Source: Flavobacteriales bacterium
GTDB lineage: Bacteria; Bacteroidota; Bacteroidia; Flavobacteriales; UBA7312
Reading direction: 5' to 3'
Assembly (NCBI GenBank): GCA_037625715.1
Contig: JASJHQ010000035.1
Coordinates: 64,497 to 128,496, forward strand
Length of the DNA stretch: 64,000 bases
Shown: in pieces, positions 37,987 through 49,781 of the stretch
Layout of the letters: each line of letters starts with the position of its first letter
How positions within the stretch are numbered: position 1 is the first letter of the stretch
Translations under genes and position numbers: made by a program
The notes under the pieces: generated by a model
The model's database searches: none
Seen by the model: only the letters and a program-made list of their open reading frames with translations
What the model was told of the DNA's origin: nothing

Positions 37987-38943
37987 ATGACATCATCTTA
38001 TTTATTCACTGTTTTAGCAATAGCTTTAGTAGTTCTTTCCATTTTCACCGTAAAACAACAAACAGCTGCTATTATGGAGCGATTTGGTAAATTTCTTACT
38101 GTAAGACAATCGGGTCTTCATTTTAGAATTCCTTTAGTAGATAAGATTTCTGGAAGAATTAGTTTAAAAATTCAACAACTTGATGTTATAGTTGAGACAA
38201 AAACCAAAGACGATGTTTTTGTAAAGCTTAAGGTTTCGGTACAATATAAGGTTATAAGAGAAAAGGTGTATGACGCTTTCTACAAGTTGGATTACCCACA
38301 CGATCAAATAACTTCTTATGTATTTGATGTTATTAGAGCTGAAGTTCCTAAGATGAAGCTTGATGATGTTTTTGAAAGAAAAAATGATGTTGCAAATGCA
38401 GTTAAGTCAGAGTTAAATGACTCTATGATTGAATACGGATATGATATAATCAAAACACTTGTTACTGATATTGACCCAGATGCTCAAGTGAAAAATGCAA
38501 TGAACAGGATTAATGCAGCCGAAAGAGAAAAAGTTGCTGCCCAATATGAGGGTGATGCAGCAAGGATTTTGATTGTTGAAAAAGCAAAAGCGGAGGCAGA
38601 AAGTAAAAGACTACAGGGACTAGGTATTGCTGACCAAAGAAGAGAAATTGCAAGAGGTTTGGAAGAGTCTGTTGAAGTTCTAAACAAAGTAGGAATTAAT
38701 TCTCAAGAAGCATCTGCATTAATTGTAGTGACTCAGCACTATGACACTTTACAGGCTGTGAGTCAGGGGACAAATAGTAATTTAATATTATTACCTAACA
38801 ATCCTCAAGCAGGCTCGGACATGCTTAACAATATGGTTGCTTCATTTTCTGCAAGTAATCAAATTGGAGAATCAATGAAAAGTTCCAACAACTCTAAGGA
38901 AATTGTTGGTTTTAGCAACGACTCAAGTACTGATCAGATCTAA
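37987..38943 (+). CDS. SPFH domain / band 7 family protein
   Basis: 318 aa with an N-terminal TM anchor, an SPFH core (VKQQTAAIMERFGKF...) and a coiled-coil A/E/K-rich segment. Confidence 0.88.
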   Translation: MTSSYLFTVLAIALVVLSIFTVKQQTAAIMERFGKFLTVRQSGLHFRIPLVDKISGRISLKIQQLDVIVETKTKDDVFVKLKVSVQYKVIREKVYDAFYKLDYPHDQITSYVFDVIRAEVPKMKLDDVFERKNDVANAVKSELNDSMIEYGYDIIKTLVTDIDPDAQVKNAMNRINAAEREKVAAQYEGDAARILIVEKAKAEAESKRLQGLGIADQRREIARGLEESVEVLNKVGINSQEASALIVVTQHYDTLQAVSQGTNSNLILLPNNPQAGSDMLNNMVASFSASNQIGESMKSSNNSKEIVGFSNDSSTDQI

Positions 38944-39350
38944 TGTTTTCGTTTGAGCAAAAAATTAGAGTGAGATACGCTGAGACCGACAAAATGGGCT
39001 ACGTGTATTATGGTAATTATGCTACATATTTTGAGGTAGCTAGGGTGGAAGCTCTTAGAAGTCTTGACGTTAGCTACAAGAAGATGGAAGAAGATGGTAT
39101 TATTCTTCCTGTATACAAGTACAGCAATGAGTTTTACAAGCCAGCACATTATGATGATGAGCTTATTATAAAAACATTCATTAAAGAAATGCCTACAACT
39201 AAAATTCATTTTCATTTTGAAATAATCAACTCAAAAAATGAATTAATTAACAAAGCTGAAGTAACTTTAGTATTTGTATCATTAAAAAATAATAAGCCTT
39301 GCAAACCTCCCCAGTTTCTAATTAGTCAGCTTTCTTCGTATTTAAAATGA
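38943..39350 (+). CDS. acyl-CoA thioesterase, YbgC/4HBT hotdog family
   Basis: 135 aa with RVRYAETDKMGYVYYGNY, the motif typical of the YbgC family. It has a TAATG junction with the SPFH gene. Confidence 0.8.
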   Translation: MFSFEQKIRVRYAETDKMGYVYYGNYATYFEVARVEALRSLDVSYKKMEEDGIILPVYKYSNEFYKPAHYDDELIIKTFIKEMPTTKIHFHFEIINSKNELINKAEVTLVFVSLKNNKPCKPPQFLISQLSSYLK

Positions 39351-39985
39351 AAAAATACTTTTCAGAATTAATAGGAACTTTTTTGATGGTTTTTATTGGC
39401 ACAGGATCGGTCGTTATAAATTCTCTTTACAATAATATTGGTCAATTTGGAATAGGTGTTTCTTTCGGTATTGCAGTGGCTCTATCTATTTTTCTGTTCG
39501 CTAAATTTTCTGGTGCTCATATTAATCCTGCTGTAAGCATTGCTTTATTTTTTAAAAATAAATTAAATTCTAAGGAATTAGTTGGATATGTAATATTTCA
39601 ATTATCAGGAGCGATTCTAGCTAGTTTATCTCTGCAAGTTTTGTTTCCTTTAGACAAAAGTAGTTTAGGAGCCACCATTCCTTCGGGCACTTGGCAAGAG
39701 TCCTTTGTTTTAGAATTGTTACTAACATTTTTTTTAATGTTAGTAATTCTATTTGTTCAAAAAAAGAAATTAGCAGTATTGCCCTCTGCTTTAATAATTG
39801 GATTAGTGGTAGGCTTGGAAGCTTATTTTGTTGGACCTATATGTGGTGCATCCATGAATCCGGCTAGATCAATAGCTCCAGCGCTAATCTCCGGAAATAT
39901 TAGTCATTTGTGGCTATATATAGTAGCTACAATTTCAGGTGCTTGTATTGCTCTTTACCCTTTTACTTCTAAAGATTTACCATAA
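39347..39985 (+). CDS. MIP/aquaporin family channel
   Basis: 212 aa with six TM segments and two NPA boxes (HINPAVS and MNPARS). Confidence 0.88.
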   Translation: MKKYFSELIGTFLMVFIGTGSVVINSLYNNIGQFGIGVSFGIAVALSIFLFAKFSGAHINPAVSIALFFKNKLNSKELVGYVIFQLSGAILASLSLQVLFPLDKSSLGATIPSGTWQESFVLELLLTFFLMLVILFVQKKKLAVLPSALIIGLVVGLEAYFVGPICGASMNPARSIAPALISGNISHLWLYIVATISGACIALYPFTSKDLP

Positions 39986-40874
39986 GGTATTGATACAGCT
40001 GCACCATTGATTTTATATCATTCAAATGGACTGTTTCTGAAGGAGAGTGAACATTTTCTTCAGGAGCACCAATAAAACACCAATCGATAGGATATGGAGA
40101 TTTTTGTATCTCGTTTCCATCCGAGCCGCCAGCGTTCTCCACTTCAATTTGAAAAGGTATGTTGCTTTGTTTTGCTAGAGATATTATTTTATTTACATAT
40201 TTTCTTCTAGGAATTCCGCTGTCTCTCATGGATATAGCTACACCTTTATTATGTACGACTCCTTCGGTAATCCAAGTAATGTCAGAAATCAACGCTTGAT
40301 TTACATTATAGTTCTCGTAAATAAATTTTGATAAATAACCAACAGAGCCACCTCCATGTTCTTCCCATGATGAAAAACATATAATGCCATCTTCTAGGTT
40401 TTTAGCAACTTGCAAGGCGTTCCAAACTCCTAGGCGATTGTCTAAATAACAAGTCTTAACGAATTCGTCAGTAAGTTGGAAGTCACAATAAAAAGTTAAG
40501 CTTGTTCCTGGGTCAATAGGACGAAAATCTACAAACATTTTTCCGTCTTCAACTTTAAGAATAGTGTCAATTTCTCCATTACTATCTTTGCCTACTAATC
40601 GGATTCCATCTTGGCAAACTGGTCCGCCAATCTTTACAACTTGATTGTTGTACCTAACTGTAAATCCTATGCTGTCCATGTGAGAAAAAATAGCAGTTCT
40701 TGGCTTGCCAAAAACTAAGACAATACAGTCTTGAAATTCTGTTCCATGAAATATTTTTGGTTCATGTTTCCAACTTTTCTTGTTGGATTCAATATAGTCT
40801 AAAAGAAACTCTTTTAGAAGGAACTCTTCTCCAGAAGGAGCGTGGATTTGACACAATTTTTTAAGTAACTCCAT
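39969..40874 (-). CDS. M42 family metallopeptidase-like protein (FrvX/YsdC type)
   Basis: 301 aa with the N-terminal HAPSGEE, HMDSIGF, LDNRLG and WEEHGG, matching the M42 metal-ligand pattern. It is shorter than typical members. Confidence 0.65.
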   Translation of the reverse strand: MELLKKLCQIHAPSGEEFLLKEFLLDYIESNKKSWKHEPKIFHGTEFQDCIVLVFGKPRTAIFSHMDSIGFTVRYNNQVVKIGGPVCQDGIRLVGKDSNGEIDTILKVEDGKMFVDFRPIDPGTSLTFYCDFQLTDEFVKTCYLDNRLGVWNALQVAKNLEDGIICFSSWEEHGGGSVGYLSKFIYENYNVNQALISDITWITEGVVHNKGVAISMRDSGIPRRKYVNKIISLAKQSNIPFQIEVENAGGSDGNEIQKSPYPIDWCFIGAPEENVHSPSETVHLNDIKSMVQLYQYLMVNL

Positions 40875-41486
40875 TTATATAGTTTTTAGAAATTCGATCT
40901 TTATTTTATGATTTTTTTTCCATTTAGCTAGTGCCAAATGACTGATGTTTTTATTTACCGAAAAGGTAATATAGCAGCTAAGTTCTAATGCTTGTTTTTC
41001 GATAGTTAAATCTAACTCTTTTTGTATCCTCATCACAAAGTTTAATTGTTCGTAATCAAACTCCAATTTATAGATATCTTTTATATGTTTTTCGACTATT
41101 AACGCATTAGTTAAGCATTCTTTAGCTGCAGTCTTATAGGCTGTTATCAATCCGCCTACGCCTAGTTTTGTTCCTCCAAAATATCGAACAACAACTACTA
41201 AAGTATTTGTCAAATTACAAGCAACAATCTGTCCTAAAATTGGCTTCCCTGCTGAATTTGATGGTTCCCCATCATCATTTGCTCTTTGGTCTAATTTGTT
41301 AGCTCCTAAAATATAAGCATAACAAAAATGTCTTGCTCCGTATTCTATTTTTCTCACATCATTTAGCCTCTGTTTAACATCCTCATTGTTAAGCACCTTA
41401 AAGCTGTAACCAATGAACTTACTTCCTTTCTCCTTAAACAGAGAAGTAGTACTATCCTTAATTTCCTTGTATGCAAATTCACTCAT
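40875..41486 (-). CDS. yigZ: YigZ / IMPACT family protein (UPF0029)
   Basis: I prefer the start at 41486 (MSEFAYKEI), which forms an ATGA junction with the upstream EamA gene. KGSKFIGY, RHFCYAY and VVRYFGGTKLGVGGL are YigZ hallmarks. Confidence 0.8.
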   Translation of the reverse strand: MSEFAYKEIKDSTTSLFKEKGSKFIGYSFKVLNNEDVKQRLNDVRKIEYGARHFCYAYILGANKLDQRANDDGEPSNSAGKPILGQIVACNLTNTLVVVVRYFGGTKLGVGGLITAYKTAAKECLTNALIVEKHIKDIYKLEFDYEQLNFVMRIQKELDLTIEKQALELSCYITFSVNKNISHLALAKWKKNHKIKIEFLKTI

Positions 41487-42325
41487 GAGTAAATAAGTAT
41501 TGCTAAAGATATCCCAGCAAGTACTAAGCCTGCCCAATTTTTAGCTGTTAAATTCTCAGAATATATTTTCCATCCTATTAATGCGGACAATGTAACTACT
41601 CCAATATTCAAGATTGGGAATAGTATAGAGGAGTCGTTAGTGTCTAATGTTTTTAATAAAAAATAGATACTAAAAAAATTAGGGATTCCTAGAGTGATTC
41701 CAGCAATTATGTTTTTTATTTTTAATTTTTGATTGGTAATTAATAGGGTGATTGAGCCACATAAAAAGGCAATGAAAAAGATTGTAGAAGTAAATAGATT
41801 AAATTCTTTATCGGTTTCAAGAAAGTTAAATTGAATTAAGGATAAAGATGTGTCTAAAATTCCAGCGCCAAAAAACAAAATGACAGCTAGGTATATTGGA
41901 CCATTTTTATCCTCTTTTTTAGATATAGTTAAATAGATAGAAAAAATAGCCATAATAATTGCACCAATTTTTAAAATAGAAGGATCTTCATTCTGAAGAA
42001 AAAAACCTGCTGTTACCGGAATCACTAACGACATTTTACTAGATAACGAGCTAATAGTAACACCTAGTAGTTGAGTTGTTTTTGCCATCACATTAAACAT
42101 GATGATAAAATACATTCCTAGCAATACAGCGTAGATAAACCAACTGCTTCTAATAGCAATATTTATATCGCTTAAGTCGAAATCCGTAAAAAATAATGCT
42201 AGCAAGCCAGCGCACAAATAATTTATAGTAATTGCTTGAAACGTATTTACATTTCGTTTTGAGAATTCTCTAAAAATAATAAACAAGAGAACTGAAAACA
42301 CTAAGGTCAGGATTAAAAAAATCAT
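41483..42325 (-). CDS. EamA/DMT superfamily transporter
   Basis: 280 aa with about 10 TM segments as two repeated halves. It overlaps the ribD stop by 4 nt. Confidence 0.65.
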   Translation of the reverse strand: MIFLILTLVFSVLLFIIFREFSKRNVNTFQAITINYLCAGLLALFFTDFDLSDINIAIRSSWFIYAVLLGMYFIIMFNVMAKTTQLLGVTISSLSSKMSLVIPVTAGFFLQNEDPSILKIGAIIMAIFSIYLTISKKEDKNGPIYLAVILFFGAGILDTSLSLIQFNFLETDKEFNLFTSTIFFIAFLCGSITLLITNQKLKIKNIIAGITLGIPNFFSIYFLLKTLDTNDSSILFPILNIGVVTLSALIGWKIYSENLTAKNWAGLVLAGISLAILIYS

Positions 42326-43335
42326 TGATTTAAAAAGTATGAAAGCTTATCATCTCCGATCATTTCGGTTAATACTGGTTTTTGAATAAAACCTGGAGAC
42401 ATAACACCATCTTTAAGAAGTGCGTCTGATTGAAAAACTCGTGCTTCATCCCAACAATTACTATTTATAAACTGCTGAAGAGTCAATGACCCTCCTTCAA
42501 TTATAACAGAATGAATTTCCAATTTATGTAATTGCTCCATTAAGCTATTTATAAAATCATCAAAATCTACTTGTAAATCATTTTCATTTAATTTTTTCTG
42601 ACATATCCTGAAAGTAGTTGCATCGTCATTAAAAACGTTCAAATCTTTGGAAAGAATAGATGATTTGTCAATTACAAATCGAGTAGGGTTTTTAGCACCA
42701 TCAAGACGAGAAGTTAACAAAGGGTTGTCTTTAATAGCAGTATTTTTACCAATTAAAATTCCTGTTTCTGCTGATCTCCATTGGTGAACTAAGTTTTTAG
42801 ATTCCTCGCAAGTCATCCAAAAAGGAGTTTCTTGGTTTTTAGGAGCAATAAAGCCATCTGAAGATTGAGCCCATTTTAATATAACATATGGTCTTTTGTC
42901 TTTGTGAAAAGTATAAAACCTTCTGTTTAGAGAGATGCAATCATCTTTAGAAACATTCACTTTAACTTCAATTCCTGCTTCTTTGATTTTATCAATACCT
43001 TTTCCATTTACTAGTGAAAATGAATCTAATGCACCAATAACAACTCTTTTTAATTTGCTTTTAATGATTAGATCAGCACATGGAGGTGTTTTTCCGAAAT
43101 GAGCGCAAGGTTCAAGGTTAACATATAAAGTAGCTTGCTCAAGCTTAGATTTGTCTTTAACACTATTTATAGCATTAACTTCTGCATGTGCCTGACCAAA
43201 TTGTTGGTGGTAGCCTTCACCTATTATATTGTCATTAACAACAATAACACATCCTACCATAGGATTAGGTAATGCTAGAGGGTAGCCTTTAGCTGCTAGC
43301 TCAAGACATTTTTGCATGTAAAATTCATCGGTCAT
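42322..43335 (-). CDS. ribD: bifunctional diaminohydroxyphosphoribosylaminopyrimidine deaminase / 5-amino-6-(5-phosphoribosylamino)uracil reductase
   Basis: Zinc deaminase motifs HAEVNAI and PCAHFGKTPPC, followed by a C-terminal reductase domain. The ORF track starts at 43344. I prefer MTDEFYM at 43335, by analogy with other RibD N-termini. Confidence 0.92.
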   Translation of the reverse strand: MTDEFYMQKCLELAAKGYPLALPNPMVGCVIVVNDNIIGEGYHQQFGQAHAEVNAINSVKDKSKLEQATLYVNLEPCAHFGKTPPCADLIIKSKLKRVVIGALDSFSLVNGKGIDKIKEAGIEVKVNVSKDDCISLNRRFYTFHKDKRPYVILKWAQSSDGFIAPKNQETPFWMTCEESKNLVHQWRSAETGILIGKNTAIKDNPLLTSRLDGAKNPTRFVIDKSSILSKDLNVFNDDATTFRICQKKLNENDLQVDFDDFINSLMEQLHKLEIHSVIIEGGSLTLQQFINSNCWDEARVFQSDALLKDGVMSPGFIQKPVLTEMIGDDKLSYFLNQ

Positions 43336-43363
43336 AAAGCGCAAATTTAAGTAAATTGCAACG

Positions 43364-44197
43364 ATGAAAAAATTAAAACAAGTCGTAAGTTATTTTATGG
43401 ATAATCTGGTCAATTATTATACTTCTATTGAAGTTGAAGGGTTGGCATATTGGACCATCGAATCTTATTTTAATTTATCAAGATCAAGTTTTAAATTAGA
43501 AGTGGATAGAGAATTGTCTAATGATGAAATCTTATTTATGGAAGATGTTGTTGCAAGATTAAAGAATAAAGAACCTATTCAGTATATTTTTGGAGAAACT
43601 ACTTTTTTTGGTTTACCATTTAAAGTAAATGAAAATTGCCTTATACCAAGGCCAGAAACAGAGGAATTAGTAAATTGGATTCTTCAAGATCCGAAAAGTG
43701 TAATTTTAGATATTGGAACCGGAAGTGGTTGCATAGCTATTTCATTAGCTAAAAAATCAACTGCTACTGTTTTTGGCTTAGATATAAGTAATAAAGCATT
43801 AGAAATAGCAAATAATAACGCAGTATTGAACAATGTTTCGGTTCAGTTTTTTTATGCTAATATCTTGGAGTTGAACAAGGTGGATAAAGTAGATATTATT
43901 GTAAGTAATCCTCCTTATGTTTTGGAAAGTGATAAGCAGCTAATGGATCACAATGTGCTAGGTTTTGAGCCACATAATGCTTTATTTGTTGCTGACGAAA
44001 ATGCCTTGATTTTTTATAGTCAAATTATTAAAGTTGCAGCAAATTCTTTGAATAAAAATGGATTTCTTTATTTTGAAATTCATGAGTGTAAAGCAATAGA
44101 GATAATAGATTTGTTATCTAAAAATAACTTTTCTAATATTGAAGTCAAGAAAGACTTACAAAATAAAGATAGAATGATTAAAGCTCAACTCGTTTAA
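43364..44197 (+). CDS. prmC: peptide chain release factor N5-glutamine methyltransferase
   Basis: 277 aa with the SAM motif DIGTGSGCIAI and the catalytic NPPY. Confidence 0.88.
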   Translation: MKKLKQVVSYFMDNLVNYYTSIEVEGLAYWTIESYFNLSRSSFKLEVDRELSNDEILFMEDVVARLKNKEPIQYIFGETTFFGLPFKVNENCLIPRPETEELVNWILQDPKSVILDIGTGSGCIAISLAKKSTATVFGLDISNKALEIANNNAVLNNVSVQFFYANILELNKVDKVDIIVSNPPYVLESDKQLMDHNVLGFEPHNALFVADENALIFYSQIIKVAANSLNKNGFLYFEIHECKAIEIIDLLSKNNFSNIEVKKDLQNKDRMIKAQLV

Positions 44198-46200
<2,003 letters not shown>

Positions 46201-46201
<1 letters not shown>

Positions 46202-46755
46202 TGCAAATTCAATTTGTAGAAAAAATAAAACAGAGAGTAGGAGATTACTTTTTCAAAAGAGATCTTAAATTCAATGATAGGAAACGAATTGTTCACAATT
46301 TCCAGTCTGCTAAGTCAATCGGGGTTCTTTATGATGCTACTGATCTAAAAGACATGATGATGGTCAGCGAATTTGTAAACGAACTATTTCATTCTAAAAA
46401 AGAAATAAAAGCTCTTGGATTTGTTAATAAAAACGAATTATCGCACAATCATATTCCAATGCTTCAATTCGATTTTTTCTTTTTAAAGGACTTAAATTGG
46501 TTTTACAAACCTCAAAATTATGTCATCAATAATTTTCTAGAAAAAGATTATGATATTTTAATCAATCTATGTACCCAAAACTGTGTCCCTGTAAAGTATT
46601 TGGCAGGTAGTTCTAGAGCTAAGTTTAAAGTTGGTAAGTTAGAAGATAACACTTCCGTTTATGATATGATGATAGACGTTAAACAAAATTCCTTAGAAAC
46701 CCTTATCAAAGAAGTTAAACATTATTTAAATTTAATTAATACAAATGGAAAATAA
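46201..46755 (+). CDS. conserved hypothetical protein (the small gene usually found upstream of dapA in Flavobacteriia)
   Basis: 184 aa. It has a TAATG junction with ligA and an 11-nt overlap with dapA. No catalytic motif recognised. Confidence 0.5.
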
Positions 46756-47632
46756 ATTAATTGGCACAGGGGTTGCTCTAATTACTCCTTTTAAATCAGA
46801 TCTGACTGTTGACTATGATGCTTTAACAAAAATAGTTAATCATTGTATTGATGGAGGAATAGATTACTTAGTTGTTTTAGGAACAACAGGGGAAAGTGTT
46901 GTTCTTACAAAAGAAGAAAAAAACAAGATTGTAAGACATGTTATAAAAGTAAATGAGGGCAAGCTTCCTGTTGTTTTGGGAATGGGTGGCAATTGTACAG
47001 CCACAGTAATAAATGAATATGAAAACTTTGATTTGAATGGGGTAGATGCTATCCTTTCGGTATCCCCATATTATAATAAGCCTTCTCAAAAAGGAATTTA
47101 CAGCCACTATGAGCAATTATCTAAATCATTTAACCTTCCTATAGTTTTGTATAACGTTCCAGGAAGAACTTCTTCTAATATGAGCGCAGAGACCACCTTA
47201 AAGTTGGCAAATGACTTTGATAATATTATTGCTGTAAAAGAAGCTAGCGGTGATATGGATCAAATTATGACAATTATTAGAAATAAGCCGGATAATTTTT
47301 TAGTTATTTCTGGTGATGATGGTTTAACTCTAGCTATGATATTGATGGGAGCAAATGGTGTAATATCTGTTATTGGCCAAGCTTTTCCGGAGATATTCTC
47401 TTCAATGGTTCGTGAAGGATTGAATGGTAATGTTAAAAAATCTAACGAATTACATTATCAATTATACCCAATATACAATCCGTTATATAGAGATGGAAAC
47501 CCAGCGGGAGTAAAAGAATGTATGCGCCAAATTGGTTTATGTACTAATAAACTAAGATTACCATTGGTAAATGTAGAAAATAGCACTAAAAAAGAGTTAG
47601 AAGAATTTAGTAAGTCTCTAAAAACTAGCTAG
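46745..47632 (+). CDS. dapA: 4-hydroxy-tetrahydrodipicolinate synthase
   Basis: 295 aa with GTGVALITPF, LGTTGES, YNVPGRT and a Schiff-base Lys context (IIAVKEASG). Confidence 0.93.
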   Translation: MENKLIGTGVALITPFKSDLTVDYDALTKIVNHCIDGGIDYLVVLGTTGESVVLTKEEKNKIVRHVIKVNEGKLPVVLGMGGNCTATVINEYENFDLNGVDAILSVSPYYNKPSQKGIYSHYEQLSKSFNLPIVLYNVPGRTSSNMSAETTLKLANDFDNIIAVKEASGDMDQIMTIIRNKPDNFLVISGDDGLTLAMILMGANGVISVIGQAFPEIFSSMVREGLNGNVKKSNELHYQLYPIYNPLYRDGNPAGVKECMRQIGLCTNKLRLPLVNVENSTKKELEEFSKSLKTS

Positions 47633-48859
47633 TTTCTCAGAAAAATACTCTCCTTTCTCAAGTTTGTCTTTAATAGAAGAGAAGCACTCAATAGTGTATT
47701 CCACATCTTCTTGTGTGTGTATTGCAGTAGGGATTAGTCTTAGCAAGATTACACCTTTAGGTACTACAGGGTACGTTACTATAGAACAGAATATGTTGTG
47801 GTTTTCTCTTAAATCATACGTAAGATTAGTTGCTTCACCAACACCACCACTTAGGTATACAGGTGTTACTGCTGACTGAGTATTACCTAAATTAAAACCA
47901 GCTTCTTTCAATCCGTTTTGAAGTGAATTAGCAATTTTCCAAAGGTTTGCTTTTAACTCAGGTTTGCTTTGTAAAATTTCTAATCTTTTTATTGCGCCAA
48001 TAACAATTGGAGTAGGAAGAGATTTTGCAAATATTTGAGATCTCATATTATATCTTAAATATTCAACAACATCTTCAGTAGAAGAAATGAAAGCCCCAAT
48101 TGTAGCCATAGATTTTGCGAAAGTACCGAAGTAAACATCTATTTCATCATGACAATTTAAAAACTCTCCTGATCCAGCTCCTGTTTCACCCATTGTTCCG
48201 AAGCCATGAGCATCATCTACAAATAAGCGAAACGAATATTTAGCTTTTAAAGCTGAAATTTCTTTAATCTTACCAAGATCTCCAGACATTCCGAATACAC
48301 CTTCAGTGATAACAAGAATACCACCACCAGTTGTGTCTATAATTTTTTGAGCTCTTTGAAGTTGCTTTTCAAAGTTCTCAATATTGTTGTGAGGAAAAAC
48401 AAATCTTTTACCCTGATGAAGTCTAACACCGTCAATAATGCATGCATGACACTCACTATCATATACAATTACGTCATTTCTGTCAACAAGAGCATCAATG
48501 GATGACACCATACCTTGGTACCCAAAGTTAAGAAGAATGGTGTCTTCTTTTTTCATGAAAGAGGTGAGATTGTTTTCTAATTCTTCATGAAGATTGGTGT
48601 TTCCGGACATCATTCTTGAGCCCATAGGATAACCCATTCCCCAGTTTTTGGCAGCTTCTTCATCTGCTTTTCTAACTTCTTCCTGATTGGATAAGCCTAT
48701 ATAGTTATTAATGCTCCAAACTAAAACCTCTTTTCCTCTAAAAGACATTTTATTAGAAATCTCTCCTTCCAGTTTTGGAAAGGTGAAATACCCATGAGCA
48801 GATTTAGCATGTTGACCAAGTGGTCCTCTGTTTAATTTTATCTTTTCAAAAAGATCCAT
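47618..48859 (-). CDS. alpha-oxoamine synthase family PLP enzyme (serine palmitoyltransferase / Kbl / BioF-like acyltransferase)
   Basis: 413 aa with DDAHGFG and the PLP-lysine context GTFAKSMA. The N-terminal region resembles the ~420-aa SPT-like group of Bacteroidota. Confidence 0.75.
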   Translation of the reverse strand: MDLFEKIKLNRGPLGQHAKSAHGYFTFPKLEGEISNKMSFRGKEVLVWSINNYIGLSNQEEVRKADEEAAKNWGMGYPMGSRMMSGNTNLHEELENNLTSFMKKEDTILLNFGYQGMVSSIDALVDRNDVIVYDSECHACIIDGVRLHQGKRFVFPHNNIENFEKQLQRAQKIIDTTGGGILVITEGVFGMSGDLGKIKEISALKAKYSFRLFVDDAHGFGTMGETGAGSGEFLNCHDEIDVYFGTFAKSMATIGAFISSTEDVVEYLRYNMRSQIFAKSLPTPIVIGAIKRLEILQSKPELKANLWKIANSLQNGLKEAGFNLGNTQSAVTPVYLSGGVGEATNLTYDLRENHNIFCSIVTYPVVPKGVILLRLIPTAIHTQEDVEYTIECFSSIKDKLEKGEYFSEKLASF

Positions 48860-48880
48860 TTGTTATATAGTAGGTTGGTG

Positions 48881-48888
48881 CAAAATTA
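48881..48888 (-). promoter_or_regulatory. -7 box TAATTTTG upstream of the alpha-oxoamine synthase gene
   Basis: The plus strand reads caaaatta, 22 nt upstream of the ATG at 48859. Confidence 0.4.
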
Positions 48889-48963
48889 ATTAAAATGATA
48901 AACTTAACAAAACCTTCTTTCTTTATTATCAAATAAATAATTATAAAAACTCGTTTGTATTTG

Positions 48964-48971
48964 TATCTTTG
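48964..48971 (+). promoter_or_regulatory. -7 box TATCTTTG upstream of bamD
   Basis: Perfect TAnnTTTG, 18 nt upstream of ATG 48990. It overlaps the TTG start used by the ORF track. Confidence 0.4.
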
Positions 48972-48989
48972 CAAATCAATTTTTTAATA

Positions 48990-49781
48990 ATGAATAAATT
49001 TCTCCTTTTAATTACTACCATTTTCCTGTTTTCATGTAGTGGATATCAAAAGATACTTAAGAGTACTGATGTTGATTTGAAATTTGTGGAAGCCAAAAGG
49101 TATTATGAGCAAGGTGAGTATTTTAAATCACTTCCATTATTAGACGAATTACATATTATCTTAAGAGGAACAGATAAAGCGGAAGAAATTGATTATTTAT
49201 TGGCTTATACACATTACGGATTAGAGTCTTATAACCTTGCAAGTTATCATTTCACTACATTTTACAGAAGATATCCTAGTAGTATACATAGTGAAGAGTT
49301 AGATTATATGGCTGCTTATTGCTATTACTTACAGTCGCCAAAATCTTCTTTAGATGGTGGAAATACATTAAAAGCAATTGAAGAGTTACAATCATTTATT
49401 GATCGTAATCCAGATAGCGAGCGTATAGAAACTTGCAATGAATTGATAGATAAACTAACTAATAAGCTTAAGATAAAAGCTTTTGAAATAGCAAAACTTT
49501 ATTACAATATTGAAGATTATAAAGCAGCTATTTCTTCCTTTAATAATATTCTTGGCGACTATCCTTCTATTGAGGACGCTGATATGATTCAATTTCTTAT
49601 ATTAGACTCGAATTTTAAGCTCGCTAGTAATAGTGTTTTTAACAAAAAAATTGAACGATTTAACAATACAATTGCTTCTTATTACTATTTCGTAGATAAT
49701 TACGAATCTAGTAAGAAAATGAAAGAAGCTCAATCTATTTACGACAAATCAATTAAACAACTTGAAAATTTAAAAAAATGA
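48990..49781 (+). CDS. bamD: outer membrane protein assembly factor BamD
   Basis: The ORF track starts at TTG 48969, which lies inside a TATCTTTG promoter box. ATG 48990 gives MNKFLLLITTIFLFSCSG (signal plus lipobox). The body is TPR-like, and the position upstream of rpoZ and coaBC is conserved in Flavobacteriia. Confidence 0.75.
   Translation: MNKFLLLITTIFLFSCSGYQKILKSTDVDLKFVEAKRYYEQGEYFKSLPLLDELHIILRGTDKAEEIDYLLAYTHYGLESYNLASYHFTTFYRRYPSSIHSEELDYMAAYCYYLQSPKSSLDGGNTLKAIEELQSFIDRNPDSERIETCNELIDKLTNKLKIKAFEIAKLYYNIEDYKAAISSFNNILGDYPSIEDADMIQFLILDSNFKLASNSVFNKKIERFNNTIASYYYFVDNYESSKKMKEAQSIYDKSIKQLENLKK

Noticed and set aside
38940-39215. 91-aa minus-strand ORF overlapping the thioesterase gene
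   Set aside because: It is a shadow ORF antisense to a well-supported YbgC-type thioesterase (RVRYAETDKMGYVYYGNY). Its own sequence is hydrophobic, low-complexity junk.
43336-43363. Looked for an FMN riboswitch upstream of ribD. Also looked for other leader RNAs upstream of purC, dapA and serC
   Set aside because: The upstream gaps are only 0-28 nt or the genes overlap their neighbours, so there is no room for a riboswitch aptamer.
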